Virus record (IMG/VR): IMGVR_UViG_3300037504_000149
Origin: a virus
Taxonomy: Duplodnaviria > Caudoviricetes
DNA: 64,000 bases
Reading direction: 5' to 3' (one strand)
Under the pieces are notes generated by a model. It did no database searches. It saw only the letters and a list, made by a program, of their open reading frames with translations, and was not told where the DNA came from. The position numbers and the translations under genes are program-made. Below, piece after piece: positions 1-9,860 of this stretch. The number at the start of each line of letters is the position of its first letter. The stretch's first letter is position 1.

Positions 1-1
1 T

Positions 2-427
2 ATGGATATTAGTCCAAACTGGACTCCTTATCCAGTATGCGAAGCAAGAGAAGTTTGGGTAGAACCTAAGATATATGATATGGTTGAGTTGATGTATTTA
101 GCAGATTTACATCAAGCAGAAGATTATGACATACCAGACGTTTATATTTACTTAGGTGAAACACCTATAACCCATAGTATATTTGATACGTACATACCTT
201 CTATGTTCATAACTAATGTAATGATGGTAGTTAAAGATAAACGTACAGAAAGTTTATTAGACACTATTGTATTTAAGCATTTTATAGATGAAGACGATAT
301 TGTAGATTCTAAAGAACGTAAGTTGTGGGAGGCTAGGTGGGAGAAGTATCTTGATAAAATTGAGGAAATAGAATCGGCTAAAGCGGACAATACTCCTTTG
401 GCGAATGAGGATAAAGAACAGGCTTGA
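2..427 (+). CDS. hypothetical acidic protein
   Basis: 141 aa ORF at the window edge; no recognisable motif. Confidence 0.6.
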   Translation: MDISPNWTPYPVCEAREVWVEPKIYDMVELMYLADLHQAEDYDIPDVYIYLGETPITHSIFDTYIPSMFITNVMMVVKDKRTESLLDTIVFKHFIDEDDIVDSKERKLWEARWEKYLDKIEEIESAKADNTPLANEDKEQA

Positions 428-687
428 CAACACAAAAAAATTGTGTTACTTTTAGAGCGATGGAACTTGCTGATTCTCGGAGGGTTATGCACGATGCAAA
501 AGCTAAACTTTTACAAGCGCAAGTGCTTACTGGGATTTCGTTATGCTATGAGATGTTAGAAGTCATTGAAAAGGTTTCTCCTATAGAAGTTAGAGAACAG
601 TTAGCTAATCGTCTCGAAGGTTTACTAACGACCAGTTGTAATTGTATCGAGATGTGCGATGAGCTAACTGATGGGGAGTTGAGCTAA
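424..687 (+). CDS. hypothetical protein (true start probably a downstream ATG)
   Basis: ORF track; the 5' part overlaps a TTGACA-N17-TACTTT promoter-like sequence. Confidence 0.5.
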   Translation: MTTQKNCVTFRAMELADSRRVMHDAKAKLLQAQVLTGISLCYEMLEVIEKVSPIEVREQLANRLEGLLTTSCNCIEMCDELTDGELS

Positions 688-691
688 TGGT

Positions 692-1075
692 ATGCTGATG
701 GACTCCAAATCCATTAATGGGAGTTCAAATCTTCCACTCCCCGCCAAGCCTTCTATACGTTGGGATGTAGTGTCTGGTGTCAAAGAGACGACAATACGTA
801 TAGGCACTTATATCGATCCTACAGATCTAAGGAGTAGTATGCCTGATGAAACTACGTTAAAGACAGACGATATAGTAGTTCTTCTTCGTGACGTATCTAA
901 AGCTACTTGTTGGAAAAGTTTTGGATGGCATCTTACATTAGGGTATTTAGAATTATCGATAGCATTTGATGATAATAAAGAGAATAGACTACAAGCATTA
1001 GATAAGTTAATATCAATACTTAAATTAACATCTAAAGATGGGTATCTTGTACATATAACATACGCAATGGAGTGA
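692..1075 (+). CDS. hypothetical protein
   Basis: 127 aa ORF in a tightly packed + strand run. Confidence 0.6.
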   Translation: MLMDSKSINGSSNLPLPAKPSIRWDVVSGVKETTIRIGTYIDPTDLRSSMPDETTLKTDDIVVLLRDVSKATCWKSFGWHLTLGYLELSIAFDDNKENRLQALDKLISILKLTSKDGYLVHITYAME

Positions 1076-1078
1076 GTT

Positions 1079-1606
1079 ATGGCTAATAGGGTTGAATTAT
1101 TTTCTATTCCTTTAACTGATTGTACTTGGGAAGAAAAAGTAGATGGTGGTTTCAAAAAATGTGTAGGTGTACATAAACCGTCACAAGCAAAATCAGAAGC
1201 CGTGGTAACAACAAGTATATGGTTAGGGTATTTGGAAGCTTTCAAAAAGCTTACAGAAACTGTAGAGTTTATAGAATGGATTAAAAAAGAGGCAGTACGT
1301 GTAAAGAAAGTATTAGCTCAAAAGACACGTAAAAAATACAGCGAATATGACGAATTTATATTAGATCCTAACGGCAGTATTTTAGAGGCATATACTTTTG
1401 AATATGCTAAAAAGAAGTCTAAGAAAAAATCTAATCAAAATAAGGCTAAGAAAAAATCTAATCAAAATAAGGCTAAGAAAAAATCTAATCAAAATAAGGC
1501 TAAGAAAAAATCTAATCAAAATAAGGCTAAGAAAAAATCTAATCAAAATAAGGCTAAGAAAAAATCTAATCAAAATAAGGCTAAGAAAAATGAAACTAAC
1601 AAGTAA
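1079..1606 (+). CDS. hypothetical protein with Lys-rich (KKKSNQNKA)x6 tail
   Basis: GGAG RBS; C-terminus encoded by a 27 bp tandem repeat. Confidence 0.7.
   Translation: MANRVELFSIPLTDCTWEEKVDGGFKKCVGVHKPSQAKSEAVVTTSIWLGYLEAFKKLTETVEFIEWIKKEAVRVKKVLAQKTRKKYSEYDEFILDPNGSILEAYTFEYAKKKSKKKSNQNKAKKKSNQNKAKKKSNQNKAKKKSNQNKAKKKSNQNKAKKKSNQNKAKKNETNK
1421..1590 (+). repeat. 27 bp tandem repeat, 6 perfect copies plus a partial copy
   Basis: Unit AAGAAAAAATCTAATCAAAATAAGGCT at 1421, 1448, 1475, 1502, 1529, 1556. Confidence 0.97.
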
Positions 1607-1856
1607 AAATATTTTCACCGATGATAATGGTATCAAAGGTTATATCTGGTATGCTCATATAGCTGTTAAGAAGTTTCTGGATATGGTACAAGAGTATGAG
1701 CTAACAAATTTTCATCATACAATTGCGTATGATGAAAGAGATGTTAAGCAAATGTATTTCAAAAAGACAGAACCTAGTGATAGTGAACATACTATTTTTA
1801 CATTTATCTCTAACGAAAAATTTGGATATGAACCTTGTACTATGATGTATCGCTAA
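1590..1856 (+). CDS. hypothetical protein
   Basis: ATG at 1590 (MKLTSKNIF...); the ORF-track 5' extension is only the tandem repeat. Confidence 0.6.
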   Translation: MKLTSKNIFTDDNGIKGYIWYAHIAVKKFLDMVQEYELTNFHHTIAYDERDVKQMYFKKTEPSDSEHTIFTFISNEKFGYEPCTMMYR

Positions 1857-2086
1857 TGCAAACTACACTATTTAATTTAATTACACAAAACTTTAATGGA
1901 TTGTTTGAAGTAATTTGCGTTACGGGTGGTAAGCGAGCTAAGAAAAAATTACTAGAGATGGGAATTTATCGAGGAATCAAAGGACACGTAATTCAGCGGT
2001 GTCCTATTATTTTATGTATAGATGACACGCGGCTTGCGTTAGGATGTGGTTTGGCTGATAAAATTGTGGTTTGCCTTGACAAATGA
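1856..2086 (+). CDS. feoA: FeoA-family SH3-like protein
   Basis: GGKRAKKKLLEMGIYRG...PIILCIDDTRLALGCGLADKIVV matches the FeoA pattern. Confidence 0.8.
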   Translation: MQTTLFNLITQNFNGLFEVICVTGGKRAKKKLLEMGIYRGIKGHVIQRCPIILCIDDTRLALGCGLADKIVVCLDK

Positions 2087-2401
2087 CAAAACTCATGCTA
2101 TAATGTATTTGTGATTGGAATTGGTCTGTGGCTAAATATGCATCGATGGTGTAATATATTTATGTTCTACATATACTTTTTTAAGCTCGGCAATCGTGTT
2201 GCGTGTGGTGTACCAGAAAGTGAATTTTATAGTAATATAACTCTTGATGGAGTGTTTAAAATATATAATAAAAATTTATGTAGTTTACTGCCTAGTACAA
2301 GTATACAAATAATTGAAGCCGTTAACATAAAACAATTTGGTAAGTTAAAATCAAGCGAGATATCTATTATGAAACTATAATTAAATAGAGGTGAAATATT
2401 T

Positions 2402-2596
2402 ATGACTAAGCAAGAGTTTATTGAGCAAACTATACTAGAGATTGAAGAGATGTACATAGAAGATGTAATTAAAAATTTAGATATCGTAGACAGTGTTTCT
2501 ACACCGTACACTAAACCAGACAGTATACATGACTGGGAAGAGTATGGTATAGGGTCATACAAGGATTTAAATTGGTGGAGAGGCTTGGGAGAATAA
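2402..2596 (+). CDS. hypothetical protein
   Basis: GAGGTG RBS, 64 aa. Confidence 0.6.
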   Translation: MTKQEFIEQTILEIEEMYIEDVIKNLDIVDSVSTPYTKPDSIHDWEEYGIGSYKDLNWWRGLGE

Positions 2597-2614
2597 TTTC
2601 ACTAGGAGATAAAC

Positions 2615-3463
2615 ATGGGTATTAAAACTATTGGAACGTATACATCTTTTGGAGAATACATACGTGATTTACGTTTAAATAAAAATGTAGGTTTTATTAA
2701 ACTAACCTCAAATGTATCTGAACTAGATACTGTAAGGTGGAGCGATATCGAAAGGGATATTGTACCACCTAGTTGTGAAGAGTTGTTAGCTGTAGCTAAA
2801 TATCTATATCCAGAGAAGAGGTTGCAAGCTTTGTCTTCTTTAATAGAAGCGTGGCAGGACTTAGTGTATGAAACAAAATATATTAGAAACTACGTTAAAG
2901 AAGCGGCAGTTCATATGAATCTACAGTCTGATAAATATAAGTATTCTAGAAACAGAGTGGCGTTTTCGGAGGATAATCAATCACAAGATAACTCTACAAA
3001 ACCTGATACAACTAAAGAAGTTGAAATAGATATGTGCCCAGTAACAGGAAGTGTTACTATGTTTAATCAACAATCGGATGATAATAAACATGAGTGTGTG
3101 GAGAAATCTGTCCCAACTGAGCGTTACGAAGTTTCATGGATAGATGATTCATCTGCAAGTAAACTAAGCTCATTTATGTCAAGTATAGAAACGTACTTCA
3201 CTACAGGTGATATTATTGATTGTATTGTAACTACAAAACGTTTAGATTATAATCAATGGAAGGTTGAAGTAGAGGTATATTCTCCTGTTAACAGGTGGTT
3301 CGCAGCTACTGATATCTTAGCAGACACACTTGTAAGTATAGGGACGCAACAAGTCTACCCTGCGAAGTGTGAGTCTAGTAAGGTTGGCGAAGTAGTGGGT
3401 AAGTTTTGTAGTGATAGTGCGCCACCAAACTCTAGTTTGTGGTGGTCTGGTGAACAACACTAA
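2615..3463 (+). CDS. protein with N-terminal XRE-type HTH domain
   Basis: SFGEYIRDLRLNK...WSDIERDIVPPSCEELLAVAKYL; AGGAG RBS. Confidence 0.65.
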   Translation: MGIKTIGTYTSFGEYIRDLRLNKNVGFIKLTSNVSELDTVRWSDIERDIVPPSCEELLAVAKYLYPEKRLQALSSLIEAWQDLVYETKYIRNYVKEAAVHMNLQSDKYKYSRNRVAFSEDNQSQDNSTKPDTTKEVEIDMCPVTGSVTMFNQQSDDNKHECVEKSVPTERYEVSWIDDSSASKLSSFMSSIETYFTTGDIIDCIVTTKRLDYNQWKVEVEVYSPVNRWFAATDILADTLVSIGTQQVYPAKCESSKVGEVVGKFCSDSAPPNSSLWWSGEQH

Positions 3464-3492
3464 TAAATGTTTAATAACATAGGATTATTAAA

Positions 3493-3768
3493 ATGAAATG
3501 TATTAATTGTGGTAGTCCAGGAGCATCTCGTAATACTCATCTATGTTTCTCATGTGAGCAAATGATGGAAGAGTACGAAGAGACAGTGGAAGATTCTATT
3601 AGTGATAGTGTATTTGAAGATCGTTTTGTCAAATGTAGTGTTTGTGGTAACCTAATAGATACGTACAGTGAGCCAGTTTATTGTGTAGCAGTTACTGGGG
3701 AGGAGTGTTGTGGAGCGTGTCGGTCTTACAATAGATATAAATTACATTACTTAATGGAGAAACTATAA
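3493..3768 (+). CDS. Cys-rich (zinc-binding) hypothetical protein
   Basis: CINC, CFSC, CSVC and CCGAC motifs. Confidence 0.65.
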   Translation: MKCINCGSPGASRNTHLCFSCEQMMEEYEETVEDSISDSVFEDRFVKCSVCGNLIDTYSEPVYCVAVTGEECCGACRSYNRYKLHYLMEKL

Positions 3769-4091
3769 TGTCTTATGATAAGTATAAAGAAAGAGAGGTT
3801 TTCGAAATGTTGAAGTATCCAGATTTAATCTTAGTTGGTAATAAAACTTACCAAGGTTATGCTTCAGATGATCAAATAGCACAATGTATTAAAAAATACC
3901 TAATAGATACAAAAGAAACTTTAGATATTAGTCTTGGATCTGCCAAACCTACTGTAGTTAAATATATGGTGATGTCCCTTTGTCCGTTTGAATTTCCTGA
4001 GCATAGATCAGGTAAACCGGGGATATACCTAGAGGTGGAGGGTACAGGAAAGCATGGTGTCAGAGTGCCTAAGTGTACAACTAAAAAGTAA
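3768..4091 (+). CDS. tandem paralogue family A, copy 1
   Basis: KETLDISLGSAKP...SGKPGIYLEVEGTGK shared with the next three ORFs. Confidence 0.7.
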   Translation: MSYDKYKEREVFEMLKYPDLILVGNKTYQGYASDDQIAQCIKKYLIDTKETLDISLGSAKPTVVKYMVMSLCPFEFPEHRSGKPGIYLEVEGTGKHGVRVPKCTTKK

Positions 4092-4141
4092 TAGCTGTAA
4101 CACTACCCACTGCTTGTAAACCACAAATTGAGGATTAAGTT

Positions 4142-4417
4142 ATGTCAAAGCAGCTACCAAAAGAAACTACAAAAATCAATGTACATATCGGGTTGTGCCG
4201 ATATGGAGCTATTAAAGCTATTATTTGTGATGAGGTATTTGCTGAGATATGTAAACGTTACAACCTGGAAAACTACCCCACAACTATCTCAGGTAAGCCG
4301 GGAGTTTATCTAGAAGTAAAGGGTACAGGAAAATGTGGTGTTAAGGAAATTGATAATAAACCTAAACTAAAAGTTACGATACTACCCACTGCTTGTAAAC
4401 CACAAATTGAGAATTAA
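4142..4417 (+). CDS. tandem paralogue family A, copy 2
   Basis: MSKQLPKET...SGKPGVYLEVKGTGK...KLKVTILPTACKPQI. Confidence 0.75.
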   Translation: MSKQLPKETTKINVHIGLCRYGAIKAIICDEVFAEICKRYNLENYPTTISGKPGVYLEVKGTGKCGVKEIDNKPKLKVTILPTACKPQIEN

Positions 4418-4420
4418 GTT

Positions 4421-4657
4421 ATGTCAAAGCAGCTACCAAAAGAAACTGCAAAAATCAGATTTAGCGCAAATAAAGTTTTATTTATTGAGTTAAATAATGT
4501 CGAGTGGCTAGACTATATACCTACATTCTATTCAACTAAGCCGGGGGCTTGGGTAGAGTTAGCCAGCGCAGTAAAGCATGGTGTTGAGACATTTGAACCA
4601 CCTAAACTAAAAGTTACGATACTACCCACTGCTCGTAAGTTACAATTTAAGGTGTAA
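4421..4657 (+). CDS. tandem paralogue family A, copy 3
   Basis: MSKQLPKET...KLKVTILPTA. Confidence 0.75.
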   Translation: MSKQLPKETAKIRFSANKVLFIELNNVEWLDYIPTFYSTKPGAWVELASAVKHGVETFEPPKLKVTILPTARKLQFKV

Positions 4658-4660
4658 GAT

Positions 4661-4906
4661 ATGTTAAAAAAGCTACCAAAAGAAACTTTAGATATTAGTC
4701 TTGGATCTGCCAAACCTGCTATATTTGCTGGGTTATGTGAATTTTTGAATATAAAAAACCACCCTGGGTATTACTCAGGTAAGTCGGGTGTTTCTCTAGA
4801 AGTAAAGGATACAGGAAAATGTGATGTTAAGGAAGTTGATATGAAACCTAAATTAAAAGTTACGATATTACCCACTGCTTGCAAACCACAAATTGATAAG
4901 GACTGA
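4661..4906 (+). CDS. tandem paralogue family A, copy 4
   Basis: LPKETLDISLGSAKP...KLKVTILPTACKPQI. Confidence 0.75.
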   Translation: MLKKLPKETLDISLGSAKPAIFAGLCEFLNIKNHPGYYSGKSGVSLEVKDTGKCDVKEVDMKPKLKVTILPTACKPQIDKD

Positions 4907-4908
4907 TA

Positions 4909-5214
4909 ATGTCTAGTGATAATCCTAAAGAGCGTCGCGCCAATAGCAACGCAGAAAAGGTGGATACTTTATACACAAAAAATTTAGTTAAATATGATAA
5001 GCGGCAGATGGTAACTAATTTACGTATAATATGTAATTTAAGGGCATGTAAGGTTATTAATGGGGATTATCCTATTGAGTTCGCAAAAAGTGCAAAACCA
5101 CATTTCTTGTATCGATGGGAATATTTAGTCCGTCCATCAGAGTTAGAGCTAAAACGCTTTACTACACTTCGTGCATCTAAACAAGTTAAGGAGAACGATC
5201 TTAAACGATCTTAA
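4909..5214 (+). CDS. hypothetical protein
   Basis: 101 aa ORF with AAGGA RBS. Confidence 0.55.
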   Translation: MSSDNPKERRANSNAEKVDTLYTKNLVKYDKRQMVTNLRIICNLRACKVINGDYPIEFAKSAKPHFLYRWEYLVRPSELELKRFTTLRASKQVKENDLKRS

Positions 5215-5241
5215 TTGATCTTGTACAGGCGGAGTTGAATC

Positions 5242-5769
5242 ATGAGTAATATAAATATAGATATCGTTACGGATACTGATAATAATTTTAACTTAGAAGT
5301 AGAAGAGGGGGATAAGTATGCAGACCATCCCGCCTATCATGAAGATAACTCTCCAACAAACTGCACTATAAATTTAAGGGGACCAAAAACTGATGTTAAT
5401 GGTTCTCTTAAATGGGTATGTTTTGATATGTACGAGTTTAAAATATTAAACGATTTTTTAATATATACAATAAACACCTACGGCAGTACAAAACACTTTA
5501 GAGATAAGACAACTCGAATAACTTACAAGTTATCACCTCCTGTACCTATATATGATTACTGCGTAAGTTATGAATATGATATAGCTTTAAAAATGTACTA
5601 CATTACTGACGGGGATAGGATGGTAGGTTTTGATTATATATCTGGTACCGCTATACGTCGTGGTATTAAAACCATTCTAGATACGTTTTCTTGGGTAACC
5701 AGAAACAACCAAGCACCAGCGTGTGAACAACCCTCTGACACAACATACCTTGATTGTGAAAATTTATAA
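5242..5769 (+). CDS. hypothetical protein
   Basis: 175 aa ORF with GGAG RBS. Confidence 0.65.
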   Translation: MSNINIDIVTDTDNNFNLEVEEGDKYADHPAYHEDNSPTNCTINLRGPKTDVNGSLKWVCFDMYEFKILNDFLIYTINTYGSTKHFRDKTTRITYKLSPPVPIYDYCVSYEYDIALKMYYITDGDRMVGFDYISGTAIRRGIKTILDTFSWVTRNNQAPACEQPSDTTYLDCENL

Positions 5770-5808
5770 CCCTCACTGTTAAATTACAAACGACCTTAAG
5801 GAGACGTT

Positions 5809-6483
5809 ATGAGTACATACAACATTTCTGAAAAAATATCTGATTTAGTTAGGAATCATGGAATAGATCAATGCAAAATTATGTTTTATTCTACTGATAC
5901 GAGTGGTATGAGAATGTGTATTAAAGGATACGTAGAGGACAAACATATTTCCCGATCGATTGATCTAGATACTGACAATAGTTTTGATGATCAGGTAGAA
6001 GCACTGTGTGAAAGTATACTGGATGAAGCCAAAGAAATACGTAACATAAATAGCGGCTATTATCATTGCCCACCACAGCAGACAAAAGAAAACAAACCTA
6101 CCTCTAAGTGGTATACATTAGCTACAAACTCTACCCCAACTATATATTATAAAGATAAAACTATAACATTACCCGACGTAGGAAGTCCGTGGAGATATAG
6201 TAAGGGTGGAGGGGGTTGTGTAATTCATATTTGGTATAGTATACAGTGTGTAAATACACCTACAACCGTATATTGTGAAACATTAGATTGTGTTTTAGCT
6301 ACCGCTGTTTATTCCAACCAGAAGTATTACCTTAACTATTCCGAAGAAGATGATTGCTTCGAAATGTATATATACGATCTAGATACTATAAGTATTCACC
6401 AGCAGTCTACTCAATATAAAGATGTGGATATCATAAACATTAACGCCGAACAAATTGAATATGATAATATACTTAAGGAGTAA
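5809..6483 (+). CDS. hypothetical protein
   Basis: 224 aa ORF with AAGGAG RBS. Confidence 0.7.
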   Translation: MSTYNISEKISDLVRNHGIDQCKIMFYSTDTSGMRMCIKGYVEDKHISRSIDLDTDNSFDDQVEALCESILDEAKEIRNINSGYYHCPPQQTKENKPTSKWYTLATNSTPTIYYKDKTITLPDVGSPWRYSKGGGGCVIHIWYSIQCVNTPTTVYCETLDCVLATAVYSNQKYYLNYSEEDDCFEMYIYDLDTISIHQQSTQYKDVDIININAEQIEYDNILKE

Positions 6484-6484
6484 T

Positions 6485-6820
6485 ATGCTTAAGTTTGATA
6501 CAGAATCAGTGTGCTTTGATTTAACTTCTTCAGCTCCTCACAAAGATACCTCTGAAGATTTACAGTGGTATATTAAGTTTAAGTATAACGATCCTGATTT
6601 GTTAGATCACGATGGTTATAGTACGCATACATTAAAATTTACACATTGCACACGTAATTCCATACAAACATGGCTACAAAAACTTTATGCAGCTTCATGG
6701 TTAATTATTGACAAATCACGTGATATGTGTGAAATAAGATTATGTTATATACCTAAGAAACATATTATTAACATAACGGTCAGCAGATACACTGAATGTG
6801 AGACTAACCATTTCATATAA
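6485..6820 (+). CDS. hypothetical protein, paralogue of the N-terminus of the next ORF
   Basis: DLTSSAPHKDTSEDLQW...HCTRNSIQTW vs DLNTSRPLKDASKHLRW...HCSHDSLTAW. Confidence 0.65.
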   Translation: MLKFDTESVCFDLTSSAPHKDTSEDLQWYIKFKYNDPDLLDHDGYSTHTLKFTHCTRNSIQTWLQKLYAASWLIIDKSRDMCEIRLCYIPKKHIINITVSRYTECETNHFI

Positions 6821-6859
6821 GGTAAAGCCGTAAGATTAGCACCAACTAATTGAGAACTA

Positions 6860-7429
6860 ATGTTATCTCTAAAACGAACAACTAGTGTAGATCTAAACAC
6901 ATCCAGACCACTCAAAGATGCATCTAAACATCTAAGGTGGGACGTAACTATCTACCACACTTCAAAACGATATGAAGATGCTAGTGTAGATCCTATGCGT
7001 TTTAGAGTTGAACATTGTTCGCACGATTCACTTACAGCATGGATAGATTCTATATACAGCGCAACTAGCATCACTATACCTATGCAAAATAAACCACGTG
7101 CCGAACACATTATACCTGTTAAAATGTTACAAGACATATTTATTGCTAAAGTACATCCAGAATGTAATATAGATCCATGCAATTTACCCCAGCTCCCCTT
7201 CCACGTTGAAGTGTTGGAGGGAGAACTTGAGGGTGAAATTATGATAGCTACTGAGGAGAATAATTCTACGTACACAACTACGTTGGGTAGGAGGCATAAA
7301 ATAGGTACAACAATTAGACCTCCCCATTACCAAGTAAGTCTTACATCAGAAAAAACTAATCATATACGACAGGTACCATTACAAAAACTAAAGCTGATAC
7401 TATATGGACCAAAACTAATGCCTGGTTAA
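6860..7429 (+). CDS. hypothetical protein
   Basis: 189 aa; N-terminus paralogous to 6485-6820. Confidence 0.65.
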   Translation: MLSLKRTTSVDLNTSRPLKDASKHLRWDVTIYHTSKRYEDASVDPMRFRVEHCSHDSLTAWIDSIYSATSITIPMQNKPRAEHIIPVKMLQDIFIAKVHPECNIDPCNLPQLPFHVEVLEGELEGEIMIATEENNSTYTTTLGRRHKIGTTIRPPHYQVSLTSEKTNHIRQVPLQKLKLILYGPKLMPG

Positions 7430-7789
7430 ACCATTTCAATAGTAAATCATAAAGTGTAACCCTCCTATTATCAGTAATTTACTACAACCTATAACTCCCC
7501 TAATATCAACACCTTATAACTTATTGTAAAATTTACAACATATTTCATTCTATTTATGCGAAATAATAAACACTTCAAGTAAACACACTAACCTAGGAGG
7601 CTAACTATGAGTAAGAATCCTAAAGAAAATCCACCCTTAGATCCAAAGATAAAACTACCAAAACCCAAAAAGTTTAAAACATTAGTGGGTAGGCTCTTTT
7701 TCCCGCCTCTAGCACCAGATGAAGATATAGCATTTACCGAAGGCCCATCAATAGCGATATGGAATAAGTGATAAAATTAAGGAGTTGCC

Positions 7790-8713
7790 ATGAGTAAACT
7801 AACGATCCGCTTCCACGAATTAGCCTGTCCAGTACGTGGTGTAGTCGAAGACCAGGATCAGGATGTATTTTCAAAACACAGAAACATTTGGAGTATCGAG
7901 ATTCCAATGTGGAAGTCTGGTAGAATACCAGTTTACCAATCACCAGAAGAACCAGAGACGTTCATAGCTAACAGATGGCTAACTCCCCGTGAATTCTTAA
8001 CCTATTTAGTTGATAGATTACAAACCGATGAAGTGCTATTAGACAATCCCTACATTGATTTTGGGGAACAAGAAATAAGGTTGGTTTATAAATTGATAAC
8101 TGATTCCCCTACAGTTATAGAACGTCTAAATAAGGCAGTTGTAGAGGGGGACGGCAACTCCTATGTTATTATAAAACAACGCCCCTACAATAGAATACAA
8201 TGGTGTTATGAGCACGTAGTAGAAACACCAGAAGACCTAGTCTATGTTCCACCAAGACCGGCTGAGTATGACGATGTGCGGGAGGAAATGTCATTTACAT
8301 TCAAGAAATCAACAACAAACGTGAGGTGTACCACGGACTGTGTCACATATGAACGTTGCCATGCTATTAAAGGCTCAGAAGGATACTACCAAGGCTTACC
8401 TTTTTACATAACTTTCGATTCTAACTCGCGTAAATATGACGAGGAGTTAGGGGTAGAAAAAGTAGACTTTGCACTTACTGCAAGATACTCAGATAACGAT
8501 GAGCCCATTAAACAAATTAAAGGATATTCCTACTACAAACCTGATGATGCAGACGTTACCGTAATGTTTAGACAACCCCTACTAGGTCAGTATAGCAAGA
8601 GAATAGAAAGCTGCTTCGATGGTTGGAAACCCCAAGAAGTTAAGGTGTTGGGAGATGCTATTATTAATGCCTACAAAAACTCTATTGTATCATGTATATA
8701 CAAGCGCAATTAA
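7790..8713 (+). CDS. hypothetical protein
   Basis: AAGGAG RBS; C-terminal domain (YYQGLPFYITFD...DFAL...QIKGY) paralogous to the next ORF. Confidence 0.7.
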   Translation: MSKLTIRFHELACPVRGVVEDQDQDVFSKHRNIWSIEIPMWKSGRIPVYQSPEEPETFIANRWLTPREFLTYLVDRLQTDEVLLDNPYIDFGEQEIRLVYKLITDSPTVIERLNKAVVEGDGNSYVIIKQRPYNRIQWCYEHVVETPEDLVYVPPRPAEYDDVREEMSFTFKKSTTNVRCTTDCVTYERCHAIKGSEGYYQGLPFYITFDSNSRKYDEELGVEKVDFALTARYSDNDEPIKQIKGYSYYKPDDADVTVMFRQPLLGQYSKRIESCFDGWKPQEVKVLGDAIINAYKNSIVSCIYKRN

Positions 8714-8717
8714 CTGC

Positions 8718-9300
8718 CAAGGATTCCTTGACAGTTGATAACCCTAGTAAAGGAGGCTCTAACAATGGGTTTTAAAACATATGAACACTCTAAAAATATT
8801 ACCAAAATCTCAGGAGTATATTATAAAGGTATAACAATGTACATAACCTTGGATTATGACGACCCATCCTTATATAAGGAGGAGGAACATGGTGGTCACT
8901 TAGATTTTGCAATTACTGTGAGGGATTCTACTAATGGTGTTCCTCTTGCACAAATCAAAGGATATGCACACTGTGGTCCTGATACTACAGAGCCTGACAT
9001 ACAATTTATACATCCTCTGGAAGGCTACGTCTGTGAGACAATAGAAGACTGCTTATTCAGGAGGGGTGAAACATACAAAGACTATAAATTGCTGGTAGAG
9101 GAAGCAGTAGATAAGGTAGTGGGGGATGAAGAAGTAGATAAGGTGCTGTGGGGCTTTATGTTTAATGTCTTCGAAAGGGATATGGTAGATGCCTTAGTTC
9201 CGGAAGGATGGTATACTAAGATTAAATAAGAGAATAGTGTATACGAAGCAAAAAGCAGATGTCAAGGATTCCTTGACAGTTGATAACCCTAGTAAAGGAG
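8718..9300 (+). repeat. identical 38 bp direct repeats (8718-8755 and 9263-9300) containing a palindrome and an RBS
   Basis: CAAGGATTCCTTGACAGTTGATAACCCTAGTAAAGGAG twice; partial third copy near 9823. Confidence 0.9.
8765..9229 (+). CDS. hypothetical protein
   Basis: ATG after the repeat-borne RBS; YYKGITMYITLD...DFAI...QIKGY. Confidence 0.7.
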   Translation: MGFKTYEHSKNITKISGVYYKGITMYITLDYDDPSLYKEEEHGGHLDFAITVRDSTNGVPLAQIKGYAHCGPDTTEPDIQFIHPLEGYVCETIEDCLFRRGETYKDYKLLVEEAVDKVVGDEEVDKVLWGFMFNVFERDMVDALVPEGWYTKIK

Positions 9301-9305
9301 CAATC

Positions 9306-9824
9306 ATGGGAGAATTACACTGGCCTGGTGAACGCTGTGACAGATGCAAGAATCGCATTGTCGTTGGTTTCGATATTACTGATGGAGACTGGGACGCAGT
9401 AACACGACACACTAACTATGACATACTTTGTTTAGCCTGCTTCGACGAACTTGCCCAAATAAGGGGAGTACACTATGAGATGAAAACAACTGATTTACAA
9501 CCGCCCCTCACTTGGCATGATTGGAATCTCCCCGGAGTAAACAATGAGGTTGTCGAGCTACCCAGTGAACTGAGAAGTATAACTAGAAAAACGCTAGGTA
9601 ATGATTATCCACGACCCCACGATAAATGTGGACCGTGGAGTGTTAACGAGAAAGGATATCTGTGCTATAATTATAATCCGGTATTGTTTGGAGGCCAAGA
9701 ACAACTCTTTGTATGTGCATATCTAGTCACCGCACTTTATGACTCTGGAAAAACACAAGAGGCTGAGTTTGTACATCGATGGGGTACAGCACGATTGTCA
9801 CGTTGTTACTGGAAGTATAGCTAA
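9306..9824 (+). CDS. hypothetical protein with CxxC...CxxC zinc finger
   Basis: ATG after the repeat-borne RBS; CDRC and CLAC. Confidence 0.65.
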   Translation: MGELHWPGERCDRCKNRIVVGFDITDGDWDAVTRHTNYDILCLACFDELAQIRGVHYEMKTTDLQPPLTWHDWNLPGVNNEVVELPSELRSITRKTLGNDYPRPHDKCGPWSVNEKGYLCYNYNPVLFGGQEQLFVCAYLVTALYDSGKTQEAEFVHRWGTARLSRCYWKYS

Positions 9825-9860
9825 GGAATCCTTGATAAATAAAATCCCAAGGAGGTAGAT

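Noticed and set aside
1382-1636. Repetitive ORFs in other frames over the 27 bp repeat
   Set aside because: Stop-free by virtue of the repeat; no RBS
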